Shown here one piece after another: positions 45,235 through 56,282 of a DNA stretch of 64,000 nt (positions are counted from its first letter, which is position 1; each line of letters opens with the position of its first letter). The position numbers and the translations under genes are program-made. The notes under the pieces were generated by a model, which made no database searches, had not been told where the DNA came from, and saw nothing but the letters and a program-made list of their open reading frames with translations. The stretch comes from Escherichia coli (lineage in GTDB: Bacteria; Pseudomonadota; Gammaproteobacteria; Enterobacterales; Enterobacteriaceae), in the NCBI RefSeq assembly GCF_030013205.1, contig NZ_CP122648.1; one strand, 5' to 3'.

Positions 45235-45374
45235 AACGGGAAACCCTCTCCCGGAGAAGAGGGCTTTTAATAAGGAAAGGGTTATGATGAAGCACGTCAT
45301 CATACTGGTGATACTCTTAGTGATTAGCTTCCAGGCTTACTAAGAACACCAGGGGGAGGGGGAAACCTCTCCCT
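45235..45374 (-). ncRNA. sibA: Sib antisense sRNA over ibs unit 3; boundaries approximate
   Basis: Minus-strand TTGACA-17-TAATTT promoter downstream of ibs stop. Confidence 0.5.
45284..45343 (+). CDS. ibsA: Type I toxin Ibs (19 aa, MMKHVIILVILLVISFQAY)
   Basis: Exact small hydrophobic ORF. Confidence 0.8.
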   Translation: MMKHVIILVILLVISFQAY

Positions 45375-45563
45375 AACCCTCACTCCTGAAATTATGTCAC
45401 TCCGCCCTTAGTGTCAATCGACGGCTCTTCGTTCTTGCGAGGCGAATAGCAAAATTTTCTGCGCCGCCGGGCCTAATTCTGAAAGTTTCTTCGTTTGCTC
45501 TTATTTCATTATTGCAATCGGTATGATACCGGACCTCAATAATTCTCTAAGAAAGGATTTCTT

Positions 45564-46223
45564 ATGAGCGAACAAATCACGTTTGCCACCAGCGATTTTG
45601 CCAGTAACCCGGAACCACGTTGCCCCTGCATTTTGTTGCTGGATGTTTCTGGCTCGATGAGCGGAAGACCTATTAATGAACTTAATGCCGGATTGGTTAC
45701 CTTTCGCGATGAGCTGCTTGCCGACCCGCTGGCCTTAAAAAGAGTGGAACTCGGCATTGTGACGTTCGGCCCGGTGCATGTGGAACAACCCTTTACCAGC
45801 GCCGCTAATTTTTTCCCGCCCATCCTGTTTGCCCAAGGCGATACACCAATGGGCGCTGCCATTACCAAAGCCCTGGATATGGTAGAGGAGCGCAAACGTG
45901 AGTATCGTGCAAATGGTATTTCGTATTATCGCCCGTGGATTTTCCTGATCACCGATGGCGCTCCAACCGATGAGTGGCAGGCTGCCGCCAACAAAGTGTT
46001 TCAGGGGGAAGAAGATAAGAAGTTTGCCTTCTTTTCCATCGGTGTTCAGGGGGCGGATATGAATACTTTGGCACAAATCAGCGTTCGTCAGCCTTTGCCA
46101 CTGCAGGGATTACAATTCCGTGAACTGTTTAGCTGGTTATCCAGTTCGCTGCGTTCGGTTTCCCGCTCCACGCCGGGAACGGAAGTTGTGCTGGAAGCGC
46201 CAAAAGGCTGGACGTCAGTGTGA
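45564..46223 (+). CDS. yegL: von Willebrand factor A (vWA) domain protein
   Basis: 219 aa; MIDAS-like DVSGSMSG motif. Confidence 0.85.
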   Translation: MSEQITFATSDFASNPEPRCPCILLLDVSGSMSGRPINELNAGLVTFRDELLADPLALKRVELGIVTFGPVHVEQPFTSAANFFPPILFAQGDTPMGAAITKALDMVEERKREYRANGISYYRPWIFLITDGAPTDEWQAAANKVFQGEEDKKFAFFSIGVQGADMNTLAQISVRQPLPLQGLQFRELFSWLSSSLRSVSRSTPGTEVVLEAPKGWTSV

Positions 46224-46981
46224 GCTGGCGTCTGGTCTATGCATCAACCGTTGGAACGTCGCACATCAGCGCGGACTTGCCTTGCCAGGATGCCTGCCAG
46301 ATGCAGGTTGCCTGGTTAAATGACCAGCAGCCATTATTGTCGGTATTTGTCGCTGATGGCGCAGGCAGTGTCTCGCAGGGTGGCGAAGGCGCGATGCTCG
46401 CCGTCAATGAAGCGATGGCTTATATGTCGCAAAAAGTGCAGGGCGGGGAATTGGGGCTTAATGATGTCCTCGCCACGGATATTGTGCTGACCATTCGTCA
46501 GCGACTTTTTGCCGAGGCGGAAGCCAAAGAATTAGCGGTTCGCGATTTTGCCTGCACATTTCTGGGACTGATTTCATCGCCTGACGGCACCTTGATTATG
46601 CAGATTGGCGATGGCGGCGTGGTGGTAGATTTGGGGCACGGTCTGCAACTGCCGCTCACGCCGATGGTGGGTGAATATGCCAATATGACGCATTTCATTA
46701 GCGATAAAGATGCTGTTTCCAGACTGGAAACTTTCACCAGCACTGAGCGTGCGCATAAAGTTGCAGCATTTACGGATGGTATTCAGCGACTGGCGTTAAA
46801 TATGCTGGATAATTCTCCGCATGTGCCTTTCTTTACCCCGTTTTTCAATGGACTGGCGGCAGCAACGCAGGAACAACTCGATTTATTACCTGAATTGTTA
46901 AAGCAGTTTTTGTCCAGCCCGGCGGTAAACGAGCGTACCGATGATGATAAAACGTTGGCACTGGCGCTGTGGTTACCATGA
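46220..46981 (+). CDS. yegK: PP2C-family Ser/Thr protein phosphatase
   Basis: 253 aa; overlaps yegL stop and yegI start. Confidence 0.85.
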   Translation: MSWRLVYASTVGTSHISADLPCQDACQMQVAWLNDQQPLLSVFVADGAGSVSQGGEGAMLAVNEAMAYMSQKVQGGELGLNDVLATDIVLTIRQRLFAEAEAKELAVRDFACTFLGLISSPDGTLIMQIGDGGVVVDLGHGLQLPLTPMVGEYANMTHFISDKDAVSRLETFTSTERAHKVAAFTDGIQRLALNMLDNSPHVPFFTPFFNGLAAATQEQLDLLPELLKQFLSSPAVNERTDDDKTLALALWLP

Positions 46982-48918
46982 AACCCACTTTATATACTGC
47001 TACTGGTGAGTGCGTTACGCCAGGCCGTGAACTGGGCAAAGGTGGCGAAGGCGCGGTTTATGATATCGAGGAGTTTGCCGATAGCGTCGCCAAGATTTAT
47101 CACACGCCGCCACCCGCCTTAAAACAGGACAAACTTGCCTTTATGGCTGCGACAGCTGACGCACAGTTGCTGAATTATGTCGCCTGGCCGCAGGCAACGC
47201 TTCACGGTGGACGAGGCGGAAAAGTTATTGGTTTTATGATGCCAAAAGTTTCTGGTAAAGAACCGATTCATATGATCTATAGCCCGGCACATCGTCGTCA
47301 ACGTTACCCTCATTGTGCGTGGGATTTTCTACTCTATGTTGCGCGCAATATTGCTTCATCTTTTGCTACGGTTCACGAGCACGGGCATGTCGTGGGTGAC
47401 GTAAACCAGAACAGCTTTATGGTAGGCCGTGACAGCAAAGTGGTGTTGATTGATAGCGACTCCTTTCAGATTAACGCCAATGGCACGCTGCATTTATGCG
47501 AAGTCGGCGTGTCGCATTTTACGCCGCCAGAGCTGCAAACATTGCCATCATTTGTCGGTTTTGAACGTACCGCGAATCACGATAATTTTGGCCTTGCGTT
47601 GCTGATTTTTCACGTCTTGTTTGGTGGGCGGCATCCTTATTCCGGTGTACCGCTTATCTCTGATGCGGGTAATGCGCTGGAGACGGATATTGCCCATTTC
47701 CGTTATGCCTACGCGTCAGATAATCAGCGACGTGGTTTAAAACCGCCGCCACGATCGATTCCGCTGTCGATGTTACCGGGCGATGTTGAAGCCATGTTTC
47801 AGCAGGCATTCACGGAAAGTGGCGTGGCAACCGGGCGTCCGACGGCAAAAGCGTGGGTAGCGGCACTTGATTTACTACGCCAACAGTTAAAGAAATGTAC
47901 CGTTTCGGCAATGCATGTTTACCCCGCTCATTTGACTGACTGCCCGTGGTGTGCGCTGGATAATCAAGGCGTTATCTATTTTATTGATCTCGGCGAAGAG
48001 GTCATTACCACCGGCGGGAATTTTGTGCTGGCGAAAGTCTGGGCGATGGTGATGGCGTCAGTAGCACCGCCAGCATTGCAATTGCCATTACCCGATCATT
48101 TCCAGGCTGCTGGCAGGCCGCTTCCTTTAGGCCTGTTACGGCGCGAATACATCATTCTGATTGAGATCGCACTGTCAGCGTTATCGCTGTTGCTTTGCGG
48201 CCTTCAGGCAGAACCGCGTTATATCATTTTGGTTCCCATGCTGGCGGCTATCTGGATTATTGGCAGCCTGACAAGCAAAGCGTACAAAGCAGAAATCCAG
48301 CAACGCCGTGAGGCATTTAATCGCGCGAAAATGGACTATGACCATTTAGTCAGCCAGATCCAACAGTTGGGCGGGCTGGAAGGTTTTATCGCCAAACGGA
48401 CGATGCTCGAAAAAATGAAGGACGAAATTCTTGGGTTACCGGAAGAAGAAAAACGTGCTCTGGCAGCACTTCAGGACACCGCAAGGGAACGGCAGAAGCA
48501 GAAGTTTCTGGAGGGATTTTTTATTGATGTTGCCTCTATTCCCGGCGTTGGCCCTGCGCGTAAAGCTGCGTTACGGTCCTTTGGTATTGAAACGGCGGCA
48601 GACGTTACCCGACGGAGCGTTAAGCAAGTGAAAGGTTTTGGTGATCATCTGACCCAGGCGGTTATCGACTGGAAAGCGAGTTGCGAACGCCGTTTTGTTT
48701 TCAGGCCGAACGAAGCGGTAACGCCTGCAGACAGACAAGCGGTAATGGCAAAAATGGCCGCCAAACGACATCGGCTGGAATCGGCGCTGACTGTCGGTGC
48801 GACAGAGTTGCAGCGATTCCGCCTTCATGCTCCAGCACGGACCATGCCGTTGATGGAACCGTTACGTCAGGCGGCAGAAAAACTGGCTCAGGCGCAGGCT
48901 GATTTAAGCCGCTGCTGA
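46969..48918 (+). CDS. yegI: Ser/Thr protein kinase-like protein with C-terminal membrane/helical region
   Basis: 649 aa; kinase-like N-domain, hydrophobic segment, C-terminal helix-hairpin-helix-like region. Confidence 0.85.
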   Translation: MVTMKPTLYTATGECVTPGRELGKGGEGAVYDIEEFADSVAKIYHTPPPALKQDKLAFMAATADAQLLNYVAWPQATLHGGRGGKVIGFMMPKVSGKEPIHMIYSPAHRRQRYPHCAWDFLLYVARNIASSFATVHEHGHVVGDVNQNSFMVGRDSKVVLIDSDSFQINANGTLHLCEVGVSHFTPPELQTLPSFVGFERTANHDNFGLALLIFHVLFGGRHPYSGVPLISDAGNALETDIAHFRYAYASDNQRRGLKPPPRSIPLSMLPGDVEAMFQQAFTESGVATGRPTAKAWVAALDLLRQQLKKCTVSAMHVYPAHLTDCPWCALDNQGVIYFIDLGEEVITTGGNFVLAKVWAMVMASVAPPALQLPLPDHFQAAGRPLPLGLLRREYIILIEIALSALSLLLCGLQAEPRYIILVPMLAAIWIIGSLTSKAYKAEIQQRREAFNRAKMDYDHLVSQIQQLGGLEGFIAKRTMLEKMKDEILGLPEEEKRALAALQDTARERQKQKFLEGFFIDVASIPGVGPARKAALRSFGIETAADVTRRSVKQVKGFGDHLTQAVIDWKASCERRFVFRPNEAVTPADRQAVMAKMAAKRHRLESALTVGATELQRFRLHAPARTMPLMEPLRQAAEKLAQAQADLSRC

Positions 48919-48930
48919 GCCATTTTTCAA

Positions 48931-50283
48931 TTAACGAAACACCACTTCCGCCCAGCGTGCCAGCCCGGCGGTGACGGAGCCAAAGTCATCGCCGCCTGCA
49001 ATCGGAATGCCCGGCAACTGTTCTGCCAGCGCTTTTTTAATCAGCGGCGAACGGGCGCTACCGCCGGTCAGGTAGATGACATCCGGTTTTTCCTGGGCGT
49101 TATCCAGGGCCAGTTGCACCTGTTCCAGAATCCGCATCAGTGGCTGGTTGAGGGCGCTTTCCAGCCCTTGCTGGCTAATCAGCGTAGCCAGTTCATCGCT
49201 GATAAACGGCAGTGAGGCGCGGGTTTCCGCTACGCTTGAAAGCGCAATTTTGCTCTCTTCTGCGCTACGTACCAGGCGATAGCTTAAACGCTGACGCCAG
49301 ACTTTCTGTAACAGGGCCACTTTTTCCGGTTCGCGGGCATCGCGTACCAGATCGTTAAGCAGACGACCGTTGGCACTACTGTAGAAATCACTTTGCGCAG
49401 GTACGTCGTTGATGGCAACCGCATTCCACCACGGCAGAATCGGCAGGGCGATGCCTTTTTCGGTTTCGCCCCCCATGCCCAGTAACGGCATCAGGTTTTT
49501 AAACGCCAGTGCGATATCCAGATCGTTACCGCCAATACGGCAACCACTGTGACCCAGCAGGCTGGCTTCACGATCGAGACGCGAACGCCACTGCGGCCCC
49601 ATCAGCAGCAATGAACAGTCAGTCGTACCACCGCCGATATCCACCACCAGCACCCGTTTTTCTTCCTGCAAAGTCGCTTCGTAATCCAGCCCTGCCGCTA
49701 CCGGCTCGTACTGGAATACCACATCCTTAAACCCGGCACGCTTCGCCGCGCGTTCCAGAATCCCCTGCGCCTGGGTGTTTGCTTCATCGCCGCCAAGCCC
49801 CTGGAAGTTGATCGGGCGACCAATCACTGCCTGAGTAATTGCCTCCGGCAGTTGAGCCTGCGCCTGCTGGCGAATGTGCAACATCATTGCGCAGACCAGA
49901 TCCTCAAACAGCGCTACCTGCTGCGGTTTTAAGCCGCTGGCACCGAGGAACGATTTTGGTGATTTCACAAACCACACTTCTTCTGGATCATCAATGTACT
50001 GTGCCAGTGAGGAAAGACCGAACTGCACGCTTTTCGCCGTAACATCGATATCTTCTTCGCGGTTATAACGAATCGCCCGACGCAACAGCGCCTGCGTTTC
50101 ATCGTCGTCTGCCGGAACATCATGATGGCGGTACAGCCATTCGCTTACCGCTTCACGCGTTGGCGCGCAAAGCATTGAAGGCAGCAGCGTGCTGTCGTTT
50201 TCCATTTTCAGTAATTGCGGCTTACCGTCGCGCATGACCGCCACTGAACAGTTTGCTGTACCGTAATCAAAACCAATAAACAC
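48931..50283 (-). CDS. yegD: Hsp70-family (actin-like ATPase) chaperone-like protein
   Basis: 450 aa from GTG 50283 (VFIGFDYGTANCSVAV…); ORF-track version is an upstream extension. Confidence 0.85.
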   Translation of the reverse strand: MFIGFDYGTANCSVAVMRDGKPQLLKMENDSTLLPSMLCAPTREAVSEWLYRHHDVPADDDETQALLRRAIRYNREEDIDVTAKSVQFGLSSLAQYIDDPEEVWFVKSPKSFLGASGLKPQQVALFEDLVCAMMLHIRQQAQAQLPEAITQAVIGRPINFQGLGGDEANTQAQGILERAAKRAGFKDVVFQYEPVAAGLDYEATLQEEKRVLVVDIGGGTTDCSLLLMGPQWRSRLDREASLLGHSGCRIGGNDLDIALAFKNLMPLLGMGGETEKGIALPILPWWNAVAINDVPAQSDFYSSANGRLLNDLVRDAREPEKVALLQKVWRQRLSYRLVRSAEESKIALSSVAETRASLPFISDELATLISQQGLESALNQPLMRILEQVQLALDNAQEKPDVIYLTGGSARSPLIKKALAEQLPGIPIAGGDDFGSVTAGLARWAEVVFR

Positions 50284-50416
50284 GAAATAATCCCCATGCC
50301 GGTGAAGAAGGGGCGTGACTTTAGCGAAATGTTGCCGTCGCGACAACCGGAATATGAAAGCAAAGCGTAGCGTCTGAATAACGTTTATGCTGAAAGCGGA
50401 TTAACAAGGAGATGCG

Positions 50417-51274
50417 ATGTATACCTTGAACTGGCAGCCGCCGTATGACTGGTCGTGGATGTTGGGATTTCTCGCCGCCCGTGCGGTGAACGGTGTGGAA
50501 ACGGTCGCTGACGATTATTATGCCCGTAGTCTGGCGGTGGGCGAATATCGTGGCGTGGTGACTGCTATTCCGGATATAGCCAGCCATACTCTGCACATAA
50601 ATTTAAGAGCAGGTTTAGAACCCGTTGCCGCTGAGTGTCTGGCGAAAATGAGCCGCCTGTTTGATCTGCAATGTAACCCGCAGATTGTTAACGGTGCGTT
50701 GGGCAAGTTAGGCGCGGCACGGCCCGGATTGCGTTTACCCGGTTGTGTTGATGCTTTTGAGCAGGGCGTGCGGGCGATTTTAGGCCAGCTGGTGAGCGTG
50801 GCGATGGCGGCAAAATTGACCGCCAGAGTGGCACAGCTTTATGGCGAACGGCTGGATGATTTTCCGGATTATGTCTGCTTCCCCACGCCTCAGCGGCTAG
50901 CTGCAGCCGACCCGCAGGCATTAAAAGCGTTAGGTATGCCGTTGAAACGGGCAGAGGCACTGATTCATCTGGCAAATGCGGCGCTGGAGGGCACCTTACC
51001 AATGACAATACCGAGCGATGTGGAGCAGGCGATGAAAACGCTGCAAACTTTTCCGGGTATCGGGCGCTGGACGGCGAATTATTTCGCCTTACGTGGCTGG
51101 CAGGCGAAAGATGTTTTCCTGCCGGATGATTATCTGATTAAACAGCGATTTCCGGGAATGACACCGGCACAAATCCGCCGTTATGCCGAACGCTGGAAGC
51201 CCTGGCGTTCTTATGCGCTGTTGCATATCTGGTATACGGAAGGCTGGCAACCAGACGGAACGGACGAATTGTAG
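50417..51274 (+). CDS. alkA: 3-methyladenine DNA glycosylase II
   Basis: 285 aa; HhH-GPD glycosylase. Confidence 0.9.
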   Translation: MYTLNWQPPYDWSWMLGFLAARAVNGVETVADDYYARSLAVGEYRGVVTAIPDIASHTLHINLRAGLEPVAAECLAKMSRLFDLQCNPQIVNGALGKLGAARPGLRLPGCVDAFEQGVRAILGQLVSVAMAAKLTARVAQLYGERLDDFPDYVCFPTPQRLAAADPQALKALGMPLKRAEALIHLANAALEGTLPMTIPSDVEQAMKTLQTFPGIGRWTANYFALRGWQAKDVFLPDDYLIKQRFPGMTPAQIRRYAERWKPWRSYALLHIWYTEGWQPDGTDEL

Positions 51275-51311
51275 GCCTGATACGCCGCATCAGGCGATGG
51301 GGAAGCACGCC

Positions 51312-54300
51312 TTAGTTAATCGCGAAATAACTGCTATTCACCAGCAAATCCAGCGGTTGGGCATCGGCAATCACATCGCCATAAATCAGATCGACGCCGA
51401 TGCCAGAAAGCGTATCCATCACCAGGGGTAAAACTACTGGCCCGGCGATGGTCTTCATCCCGAGCCGCTGAGCGTGCCCCTGAATGATCGTAATCAGCAT
51501 CTCATCCATCAAATTTCCCTGCACGTTGGCGCATAACTCACCATCAAGTAGCAGGTAATCTGCCATATTCGCTTTCAGCGAGTTGAAGATTTGCAGATCG
51601 CGGCCCACCTGACTGAATACGATCCGACATCCCGCCAGCCGCAGTTTTTGCACGCTTTCTGCGTGATCTAAAATCGCGTCTGCCGGAATAATCAGATGTA
51701 ATAACCGTGGTGGTAGAGGGCTATTTTCCAGCTGCTCAATTAGTTCATTCACCAGCGTGGCGCTACTCAAACCGGCAACGGAAAGGGGGAGGGCGATACT
51801 TAAGCCTTTACTGGCAATCGCTTTTGCGGCCTGCTGGAAAAAATCGTGGAATACCCGTCGGTCAAGAGCATGGCTAAGTGCCGGATCGCTGAAACTACGA
51901 CGAAATGTTTGTTCATCAATAATCTCGCCTTCGCAACTCCAGAGCTTAAGTGAAATCAGCCACAAATTACGCGCTTCCGGGATCCGCGGCGAAGCGACAC
52001 CGTGGGCGATCATCATCAACTGATTCTCTTTAATCATCCGCCACTGTTCATCAAGCGATATCGCCGCCCGTTCGCTATGTGCGGCAGCTTGCTGCGGTTC
52101 GTAAACCGTCACCCGGCCCCGTCCACCATTTTTGGAGGCATAACAGGCGATATCAGCCTGTGACATCACTTCAGCCGCCTGATGATTGTTGTCATCAATT
52201 AAGGTAATCCCGGCACTGGCACCTACCCGATGTACACGTCCTTCCCAGATAAAGTGATAGTCATTCACGGCGCTGATAATGCGTGTAGCGATAAAACGCG
52301 CACTTTCGACATTACAATCTGGCAGCAGCAGACCAAATTCATCGCCACCGAGTCGCGCCAGCACGTCGCTGGAGCGCAGCATACTCAGCATCAACGACGC
52401 CAGTTCGCGCAGCAAAGCGTCGCCAGCGGCGTGCCCGGCGCTGTCATTCACCGCTTTAAAGCGATCAAGATCGATAAACACCAGTGCATGTCGCTGATGT
52501 GTACTGTTTACCGTTTGCAGCAGGATGCGTAGTTGCTTCTCAAAACTGGCGCGATTGGCGAGATGCGTCAGTGCATCATGGGAGGCGCTGTAGCTCAGCT
52601 GGCGCAGCATTTTGCGTGATTCGGTGACGTCCTGAATCACCAGAACCGAGCCTATATTGCTGCCGTCCAGAGTACTTAACGGCGTAATACTGTAATGCAC
52701 GTCGTAGCTGCCGCCGCTCCGACAGTGCAACACCACATCTTGTTCAATCGCGGAACGTGAGGTGTCGGCACTGTAAATGTTCTCCATTAATGGTCCGTTG
52801 TCGCCAAAAGTAATATGCAACACCGTCAGGAGCGGAACACCTAATGCTTCTTCCTGCGTCCAGCCGCTCATCTTCTCCGCCACCGGATTCATAAAGGTAA
52901 TTTTCATCGCCATATCAATACAGACCACGGCTTCGCCGATGGAATCCAGCGTAATGTGCAGGCGCTCTTTTTCCTGAAACAATGCCTCGTTAAGCTGTTT
53001 CACTTCGGTCATATCCATATTAATGCCGAGCAGGCGTTCGACTTCGCCTTCTTTATTCAGTACCCGGTTAGCGAGGGCGCGGATATGGCGAATGCCGTGT
53101 TTCACGGTAATGCGAAATTCCAGTTTAAAGGGAGAGCGTGATTGCAATGAATCGCGAATCACTTTTTCGGCGTGCTGGCGATCTTCCGGCAGCACGCACT
53201 CGTACCACACCTGCCAGTTCGGTTTGATATGCGGAGGAATTTCATACAGCTCGAACATCCGCTTATCCCAGCTAAAAATATTCGGCTTTAGCTCCCACTC
53301 CCAGATGCCAATCCCGCCCGCTTCGTTAGCCAGCGTGATGCGCTCCATCAGTTGCTGGTTCACCTGTTCGGTGCGTTTTAGCTCGTTAATGTCTTCAATC
53401 TGAGCGATAAAATAGAGCGGCGTACCATCGGTGTGGCGCACCAGTGAGACGGCAAGCAACGCCCAGACAACATCGCCATTGCGGTTGTAGTAGCGTTTTT
53501 CCATTGAATAGGTGTTTATTTCACCGCTGATCAGCTTTTCAACCTGTTGCAGATCTTTATTGAGATCCTCCGGCCAGGTCAGTTGCTGAAAGGTGAGTCC
53601 GCGCAGTTCTTCCTGACTGTAACCGAGAAACTGGCAGAGTGCTTTGTTGGATTGCAGCCATTGTCCCTCGGTGCCCACTAATGCCATGCCGATGGCGGAA
53701 TATTCCATGGCATTACGAAAACGGGTTTCGCTTTCGGAAATGTGTTTGCGTTCCGCACGAAAGGCATACATCACCATGGTCATGATGTTGGCGGGCAGCA
53801 GGATCAGCAAAAACGGTAGCCACGGCATATGGCTCATCAGATATGTACGCGGCGTAGCAAGCAGGGAGGGATCTGCGGCCATCATCAGCGACACCATCAT
53901 CACCGTGGTAAGGAAGATCAAAAAGGCTTCCATTCGTGGCAGGCGCACGGCGCTCCACATCAACAGCACAATAATGAAAGTAAAAGGCCACGGCAGATAC
54001 AGCATCGAAAGCCAGCTTAACGTCAGTGTGATGGCTAACGTGAGCAGCGACTCAAAAAGCAACCGTGGGTTGCGATGGCGCAGCAGATAGTGTGGTTTAA
54101 ATAACAATCCCAGCGGCACTAGTGCCAGTGCGCCGATGGATTCTGAAAGTACCCATATCAAAAATGCCCTGAGAGGATCGTCTCCGGGCGTCAGCAGGAC
54201 AACCAGAACACCCCCCAACAGAGGCGGAACAATGGCGCTGCCGAGTGCCAGACGCAGCCAGTCAGCCAGATTTTGCAATGGGTTATACCACGGCAGCAAT

Positions 54301-54629
54301 TTACGCAGTAGCACTGCCCCGACCACGGCTTCAACAATATTGATGGTCGTCCAGGTCATGTTCAGCGAGCTGGTGGAAAAAAGCAGGATGGATGCGGCGA
54401 TATTTCCCAGCGAGCAGCTCAGCGCAATTCCCGGCCACATGCGCCCGGCATGGCGATAAAACGCCACCATCATGATGGACGTCGGGAACCACAATGGGGC
54501 GAGTTGGGTGCCAAACTGCGAAAGCTCAAGCGAGAAAAGGGTAAAGATAAACGAGACTAAACCTAAACTGACCAGGTGAAGCAGCGGGTGGGGCAGGGCA
54601 ATTAATACATGCTGTGATTGTTTGCTCAT
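51312..54629 (-). CDS. dgcE: Diguanylate cyclase with MASE1 membrane, PAS, GGDEF and degenerate EAL domains
   Basis: 1105 aa; GGDEF motif present. Confidence 0.9.
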   Translation of the reverse strand: MSKQSQHVLIALPHPLLHLVSLGLVSFIFTLFSLELSQFGTQLAPLWFPTSIMMVAFYRHAGRMWPGIALSCSLGNIAASILLFSTSSLNMTWTTINIVEAVVGAVLLRKLLPWYNPLQNLADWLRLALGSAIVPPLLGGVLVVLLTPGDDPLRAFLIWVLSESIGALALVPLGLLFKPHYLLRHRNPRLLFESLLTLAITLTLSWLSMLYLPWPFTFIIVLLMWSAVRLPRMEAFLIFLTTVMMVSLMMAADPSLLATPRTYLMSHMPWLPFLLILLPANIMTMVMYAFRAERKHISESETRFRNAMEYSAIGMALVGTEGQWLQSNKALCQFLGYSQEELRGLTFQQLTWPEDLNKDLQQVEKLISGEINTYSMEKRYYNRNGDVVWALLAVSLVRHTDGTPLYFIAQIEDINELKRTEQVNQQLMERITLANEAGGIGIWEWELKPNIFSWDKRMFELYEIPPHIKPNWQVWYECVLPEDRQHAEKVIRDSLQSRSPFKLEFRITVKHGIRHIRALANRVLNKEGEVERLLGINMDMTEVKQLNEALFQEKERLHITLDSIGEAVVCIDMAMKITFMNPVAEKMSGWTQEEALGVPLLTVLHITFGDNGPLMENIYSADTSRSAIEQDVVLHCRSGGSYDVHYSITPLSTLDGSNIGSVLVIQDVTESRKMLRQLSYSASHDALTHLANRASFEKQLRILLQTVNSTHQRHALVFIDLDRFKAVNDSAGHAAGDALLRELASLMLSMLRSSDVLARLGGDEFGLLLPDCNVESARFIATRIISAVNDYHFIWEGRVHRVGASAGITLIDDNNHQAAEVMSQADIACYASKNGGRGRVTVYEPQQAAAHSERAAISLDEQWRMIKENQLMMIAHGVASPRIPEARNLWLISLKLWSCEGEIIDEQTFRRSFSDPALSHALDRRVFHDFFQQAAKAIASKGLSIALPLSVAGLSSATLVNELIEQLENSPLPPRLLHLIIPADAILDHAESVQKLRLAGCRIVFSQVGRDLQIFNSLKANMADYLLLDGELCANVQGNLMDEMLITIIQGHAQRLGMKTIAGPVVLPLVMDTLSGIGVDLIYGDVIADAQPLDLLVNSSYFAIN

Positions 54630-54946
54630 TACCGCTTTATCCGCAAGACCAGGTCGCCAGTATTCGTTTCTGTGTTTATGCTAGTACAAAAGTTTTACAT
54701 TTTATATGCGAATTGCTCATAAAGTGACGTAAAGGCGGATAATTTGCGCAACTTCGTATAACAATTTTTACCTTGCATTAAAACTGAACAACGTAATTTG
54801 CCACCGGGAATTATTCGTCAACAATTACTCTGAGCGCGCGGCAACGCTATTCGACTGGTATCAGGCGGATGAAATCCCTATAATTGCCGCGTTTGGCGCT
54901 TCGTCGCCCCCTTCCTAACATCCAGGTTAATCAGGTCGCTAAATAT

Positions 54947-55588
54947 ATGACTGATCAGTCTCATCAGTGCGTCATTATCGGTATCGCTGGCGCATCGGCT
55001 TCCGGCAAGAGTCTTATTGCCAGTACCCTTTATCGTGAATTACGTGAGCAAGTCGGTGATGAACACATCGGCGTAATTCCCGAAGACTGCTATTACAAAG
55101 ATCAAAGCCATCTGTCGATGGAAGAACGCGTTAAGACCAACTACGACCATCCTAGCGCGATGGATCACAGCCTGCTGCTTGAGCATTTACAAGCATTGAA
55201 ACGCGGCTCGGCCATTGACCTGCCGGTTTACAGCTATGTTGAACATACGCGTATGAAAGAAACGGTGACGGTTGAGCCGAAGAAAGTCATCATTCTCGAA
55301 GGCATTTTGCTGCTGACGGATGCGCGTTTGCGTGATGAACTTAACTTCTCAATTTTCGTTGATACCCCGCTGGATATCTGCCTGATGCGCCGCATCAAGC
55401 GTGACGTTAACGAGCGTGGGCGTTCAATGGATTCAGTGATGGCGCAATATCAAAAAACCGTGCGTCCGATGTTCCTGCAATTCATTGAGCCTTCTAAACA
55501 ATATGCGGACATTATCGTGCCGCGCGGCGGGAAAAACCGCATCGCCATCGATATATTGAAAGCGAAAATAAGTCAGTTCTTTGAATAA
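54947..55588 (+). CDS. udk: Uridine/cytidine kinase
   Basis: 213 aa from ATG 54947 (P-loop [11 protein letters not shown]); ORF-track start is an upstream extension. Confidence 0.9.
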
Positions 55589-55679
55589 GCTTGATAAATT
55601 GTGTACCGTTCAGTGATAACCTGGTATGCCCTTGACGTAATTGGCGTTAAGGGAGTGATGCGCGAAAGGAGAAAATGCC

Positions 55680-56261
55680 ATGCGTCTGTGTGACCGAGAT
55701 ATTGAAGCCTGGCTTGATGAAGGCCGTTTGTCGATCAACCCACGTCCGCCAGTGGAGCGTATTAACGGCGCGACGGTGGATGTACGCCTGGGCAATAAAT
55801 TTCGTACCTTCCGTGGTCACACGGCAGCGTTTATCGATCTGAGCGGTCCCAAAGATGAAGTGAGCGCCGCGCTTGACCGCGTGATGAGCGATGAGATCGT
55901 TCTCGATGAAAGCGAGGCGTTCTATCTTCACCCAGGAGAGCTGGCGCTGGCGGTGACGCTGGAGTCGGTGACGCTGCCAGCCGATCTGGTGGGCTGGCTG
56001 GACGGGCGTTCCTCATTGGCGCGTCTGGGGCTGATGGTGCACGTCACCGCGCACCGCATCGATCCGGGCTGGTCTGGCTGCATTGTGCTGGAGTTCTACA
56101 ACTCCGGTAAGCTGCCGCTGGCGCTGCGTCCGGGCATGTTAATTGGTGCGCTGAGCTTTGAGCCGCTTTCCGGCCCGGCGGCGCGACCATACAACCGCCG
56201 CGAAGATGCGAAATATCGCAACCAGCAGGGCGCGGTAGCCAGCCGAATCGATAAAGACTAA
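55680..56261 (+). CDS. dcd: dCTP deaminase
   Basis: 193 aa. Confidence 0.95.
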   Translation: MRLCDRDIEAWLDEGRLSINPRPPVERINGATVDVRLGNKFRTFRGHTAAFIDLSGPKDEVSAALDRVMSDEIVLDESEAFYLHPGELALAVTLESVTLPADLVGWLDGRSSLARLGLMVHVTAHRIDPGWSGCIVLEFYNSGKLPLALRPGMLIGALSFEPLSGPAARPYNRREDAKYRNQQGAVASRIDKD

Positions 56262-56282
56262 TTCAGGCCCATTGAGGATACC

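Larger units (their letters stand above)
44497..45420. repeat. Three tandem ~328-bp QUAD-type repeat units, each an ibs toxin / sib antisense RNA locus
   Basis: Three near-identical units with period 328-329 bp, each containing an 18-19 codon hydrophobic ORF. Confidence 0.9.

Noticed and set aside
44497-45420. Possible CRISPR array suggested by regular tandem repeats
   Set aside because: Repeat period is ~328 bp with embedded small ORFs and promoters, not 28-37 bp repeats with unique spacers; it is the ibs/sib QUAD array.
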